From the NCBI RefSeq assembly GCF_009914755.1, contig NC_060925.1: DNA of 64,000 nucleotides; one strand, written 5' to 3'. Of this stretch, positions 60,301 to 64,000 are shown in pieces. Positions within the stretch are counted from its first letter, which is position 1; the number at the start of each line of letters is the position of its first letter. Below the pieces are notes generated by a model. It had not been told where the DNA came from. It did no database searches and saw nothing but the letters and a program-made list of their open reading frames with translations. Both the position numbers and the translations under genes were made by a program. This stretch comes from the human T2T-CHM13v2.0 reference genome, Homo sapiens.

Positions 60301-63300
60301 TATCATGAAATTGAAATGGATGGACTCATCATCGAATGGATTCGAATGGAATCATCGAATAAAATTGATTGAAATCATCATCCAATGGAATCGAATGGTA
60401 TCATTGAATGGAATCGAATGGAATCATCATCAGATGGAAATGAATGGAATCGTCATAGAATGGAATCGAATGGATTCATTGAATGGAATCAGATGGAATC
60501 ATCGAATGGACTGGAATGGAATCATTGAATGGACTCGAAAGGGATCATGATTGAATGGAATTGAATGGAATCATCGAATGGTCTCGATTGGAATCATTAT
60601 CAAATGGAATCGAATGGAATCACCGAATAGAATCGAATGGAACAATCATCGAATGGACTCAAATGGAATTATCCTCAAATGGAATCGAATGGAATTATCG
60701 AATGCAATCGAATGGAATTATCGAATGCAATCGAATAGAATCATCGAATGGACTCGAATGGAATCATCGAATGGAATGGAATGGAACAGTCAATGAACTC
60801 GAATGGAATCATCATTGAAAGGAATCGAATGGAATCATCGAGTGGAATCGAATGGAATTATGATCAAATGGAATCGAATGTAATCATCATCAAATGGAAT
60901 CAAAAATAACCATCATCAATTGGTATTGAATGGAATTGTCATCAAATGGAATTCAAAGGAATCATCATCAAATGGAACCGAATGGAATCCTCATTGAATG
61001 GAAATGAAAGGGGTCATCATCTAATGGAATCGGATGGAATCATCATCAAATGGAATCGAATGGAATCATCATCAAATGGAATCTAATGGAATCATTGAAC
61101 AGAATTGAATGGAATCGTCATCGAATGAATTGAATGCAATCATCGAATGGTCTCGAATGGAATCATCTTCTAATGGAAAGGAATGGAATCATCGCATAGA
61201 ATCGAATGGAATTATCATCGAATGGAATCGAATGGTATCAACACCAAACGGAAAAAAACGGAATTATCGAATGGAATCGAAGAGAATCTTCGAACGGACC
61301 CGAATGGAATCATCTAATGGAATGGAATGGAATAATCCATGGACTCGAATGCAATCATCATCGAATGGAATCGAATGGAATCATCGAATGGACTCGAATG
61401 GAATAATCATTGAACGGAATCGAATGGAATCATCATCGGATGGAAACGAATGGAATCATCATCGAATGGAAATGAAAGGAGTCATCATCTAATGGAATTG
61501 CATGGAATCATCATAAAATGGAATCGAATGGAATCAACATCAAATGGAATCAAATGGAATCATTGAACGGAATTGAATGGAATCGTCATCGAATGAATTG
61601 AATGCAATCATCGAATGGTCTCGAATGGAATCATCTTCAAATGGAATGGAATGGAATCATCGCATAGAATCGAATGGAATTATCATCGAATGGAATCGAA
61701 TGGAATCAACATCCAACGGAAAAAAACGGAATTATCGAATGGAATCGAAGAGAATCATCGAATGGACCCGAATGGAATCATCTAATGGAATGGAATGGAA
61801 TAATCCATGGACTCGAATGTAATCATCATCGAATGGAATCGAATGGAATCATCGAATGGACTCGAATGGAATAATCATTGAACGGAATCGAATGGAATCA
61901 TCATCGGATGGAAATGAATGGAATCATCATCGAATGGAATCGAATAGAATTATGGAATGAAATCCAGTGTGATCATCATCGAATGGACCCGAATGGAATC
62001 ATCATCCAACGGAAGCTAATGGAATCAACATCGAATGAATCAAATGGAAACACCATCGAATTGAAACGAATGGAATTATCATGAAATTGAAATGGATGGA
62101 CTCATCATCGAATGGATTCGAATGGAATCATCGAATAAAATTGATTGAAATCATCATCGAATGGAATCGAATGGTATCATTGAATGGAATCGAATGGAAT
62201 CATCATCAGATGGAAATGAATGGAATCGTCATAGAATGGAATCGAATGGATTCATTGAATGGAATCAGATGGAATCATCGAATGGACTGGAATGGAATCA
62301 TTGAATGGACTCGAAAGGGATCATTATTGAATGGAATTGAATGGAATCATTGAATGGTCTCGATTGGAATCATTATCAAATGGAATCGAATGGAATCACC
62401 GAATAGAATCGTATAGAACAATCATCGAATGGACTCAAATGGAATTATCCTCAAATGGAATCGAATGGAATTATCGAATGCAATCGAATGGAATTATCGA
62501 ATGCAATCGAATAGAATCATCGAATGGACTCGAATGGAATCATCGAATGGAATGGAATGGAACAGTCAATGAACTCGAATGGAATCATCATTGAATGGAA
62601 TCGAATGGAATCATCGAGTGGAATCGAATGGAATTATGATCAAATGGAATCGAATGTAATCATCATCAAATGGAATCAAAAATAACCATCATCAATTGGT
62701 ATTGAATGGAATTGTCATCAAATGGAATTCAAAGGAATCATCATCAAATGGAACCGAATGGAATCCTCATTGAATGGAAATGAAAGGGGTCATCATCTAA
62801 TGGAATCGCATGGAATCATCATCAAATGGAATCGAATGGAATCATCATCAAATGGAATCTAATGGAATCATTGAACAGAATTGAATGGAATCGTCATCGA
62901 ATGAATTGAATGCAATCATCGAATGGTCTCGAATGGAATCATCTTCTAATGGAAAGGAATGGAATCATCGCATAGAATCGAATGGAATTATCATCGAATG
63001 GAATCGAATGGTATCAACACCAAACGGAAAAAAACGGAATTATCGAATGGAATCGAAGAGAATCTTCGAACGGACCCGAATGGAATCATCTAATGGAATG
63101 GAATGGAATAATCCATGGACTCGAATGCAATCATCATCGAATGGAATGGAATGGAATCATCGAATGGACTCGAATGGAATAATCATTGAACGGAATCGAA
63201 TGGAATCATCATCGGATGGAAACGAATGGAATCATCATCGAATGGAAATGAAAGGAGTCATCATCTAATGGAATTGCATGGAATCATCATAAAATGGAAT

Positions 63301-64000
63301 CGAATGGAATCAACATCAAATGGAATCAAATGGAATCATTGAACGGAATTGAATGGAATCGTCATCGAATGAATTGACTGCAATCATCGAATGGTCTCGA
63401 ATGGAATCATCTTCAAATGGAATGGAATGGAATCATCGCATAGAATCGAATGGAATTATCATCGAATGGAATCGAATGGAATCAACATCCAACGGAAAAA
63501 AACGGAATTATCGAATGGAATCGAAGAGAATCATCGAATGGACCCGAATGGAATCATCTAATGGAATGGAATGGAATAATCCATGGACTCGAATGCAATC
63601 ATCATCGAATGGAATCGAATGGAATCATCGAATGGACTCGAATGGAATAATCATTGAACGGAATCGAATGGAATCATCATCGGATGGAAATGAATGGAAT
63701 CATCATCGAATGGAATCGAATAGAATTATGGAATGAAATCCAGTGTGATCATCATCGAAAGGACCCGAATGGAATCATCATCCAACGGAAGCTAATGGAA
63801 TCAACATCGAATGAATCGAATGGAAACACCATCGAATTGAAACGAATGGAATTATCATGAAATTGAAATGGATGGACTCATCATCGAATGGATTCGAATG
63901 GAATCATCGAATAAAATTGATTGAAATCATCATCGAATGGAATCGAATGGTATCATTGAATGGAATCGAATGTAATCATCCTCAGATGGAAATGAATGGA

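Larger units (their letters stand above)
1..64000 (+). repeat. Human satellite II (HSat2/HSATII) tandem array, ~1.77-kb unit, probably chr1q12 pericentromeric heterochromatin (HSat2A2/D1Z1-type)
   Basis: Continuous GAATGGAATC(ATC)ATCGAATG-type motifs (reverse complement CATTCGATTC, the HSat2 hallmark) with dense TCGA and GANTC sites. The 1776-bp period is read from recurring ORF starts (e.g. 35895, 37671, 39447) and one GAATTC per unit. Family is certain; chromosome is inferred from the known 1.77-kb EcoRI repeat. Confidence 0.97.
34700..64000 (+). repeat. Imperfect large tandem duplication, period 15271 bp (locally 13495 bp); boundaries approximate
   Basis: Rare variants recur at +15271 (ORFs 34888/50159, 47060/62331, 46810/62081) and at +13495 (42445/55940, 42999/56494, 44831/58326). 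Confidence 0.8.

Noticed and set aside
202-63860. Hundreds of 60-163 aa plus-strand ORFs (MESSSNE..., EWNRME, NGII)
   Set aside because: These are translations of pentamer satellite. They overlap in several frames, recur per unit and are freely broken by stops and frameshifts. The lack of minus-strand ORFs follows from frequent TCA (TGA on the reverse strand). Similar database 'hypothetical proteins' are commonly human satellite contamination.
1-64000. CRISPR-like repeat/spacer array or other prokaryotic system
   Set aside because: There are no unique spacers, no constant direct repeat with a leader and no cas or other genes. All sequence is satellite.
1-64000. HSat3 (e.g. DYZ1) or alpha satellite identity
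   Set aside because: Pure GGAAT runs reach only about three copies and CATCATCGAATGGAATCG dominates, which indicates HSat2. There is no 171-bp monomer. The 3552-bp local dimer only coincidentally resembles the DYZ1 unit length.
1-64000. Embedded transposon, inversion or unique-sequence insertion
   Set aside because: All unit spacings are explained by 1776 bp minus defined deletions (1, 4, 10, 23, 713 bp), leaving no room for insertions. No CATTC-strand segment was seen.

Overview
The whole 64 kb is one uninterrupted, single-orientation array of human classical satellite II (HSat2/HSATII), read on the GAATG strand. It is built from degenerate GAATG/GAATC pentamers with ATC/ATCATC spacers. The main repeat unit is 1776 bp with one EcoRI site (GAATTC at 1340, 3112, ... 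62725), which matches the 1.77-kb chromosome 1q12 satellite (pUC1.77/D1Z1, HSat2A2-type). That chromosome assignment comes from unit length and motif, not from a search. There are 37 complete EcoRI-to-EcoRI units: 23 of 1776 bp, 5 of 1772, one each of 1771, 1775 and 1753, and 6 of 1063. I found no genes, RNA genes, transposons or CRISPR arrays, and all listed ORFs are satellite artefacts. I cannot support a new biological system here. The real signal is layered array evolution: a 468-bp internal duplication, a shared 713-bp deletion, nested superrepeats of 5316, 2839/5678, 3552 and 13495/15271 bp, a ~9%-divergent patch that looks imported, and apparent gene-conversion and unequal-crossover junctions.
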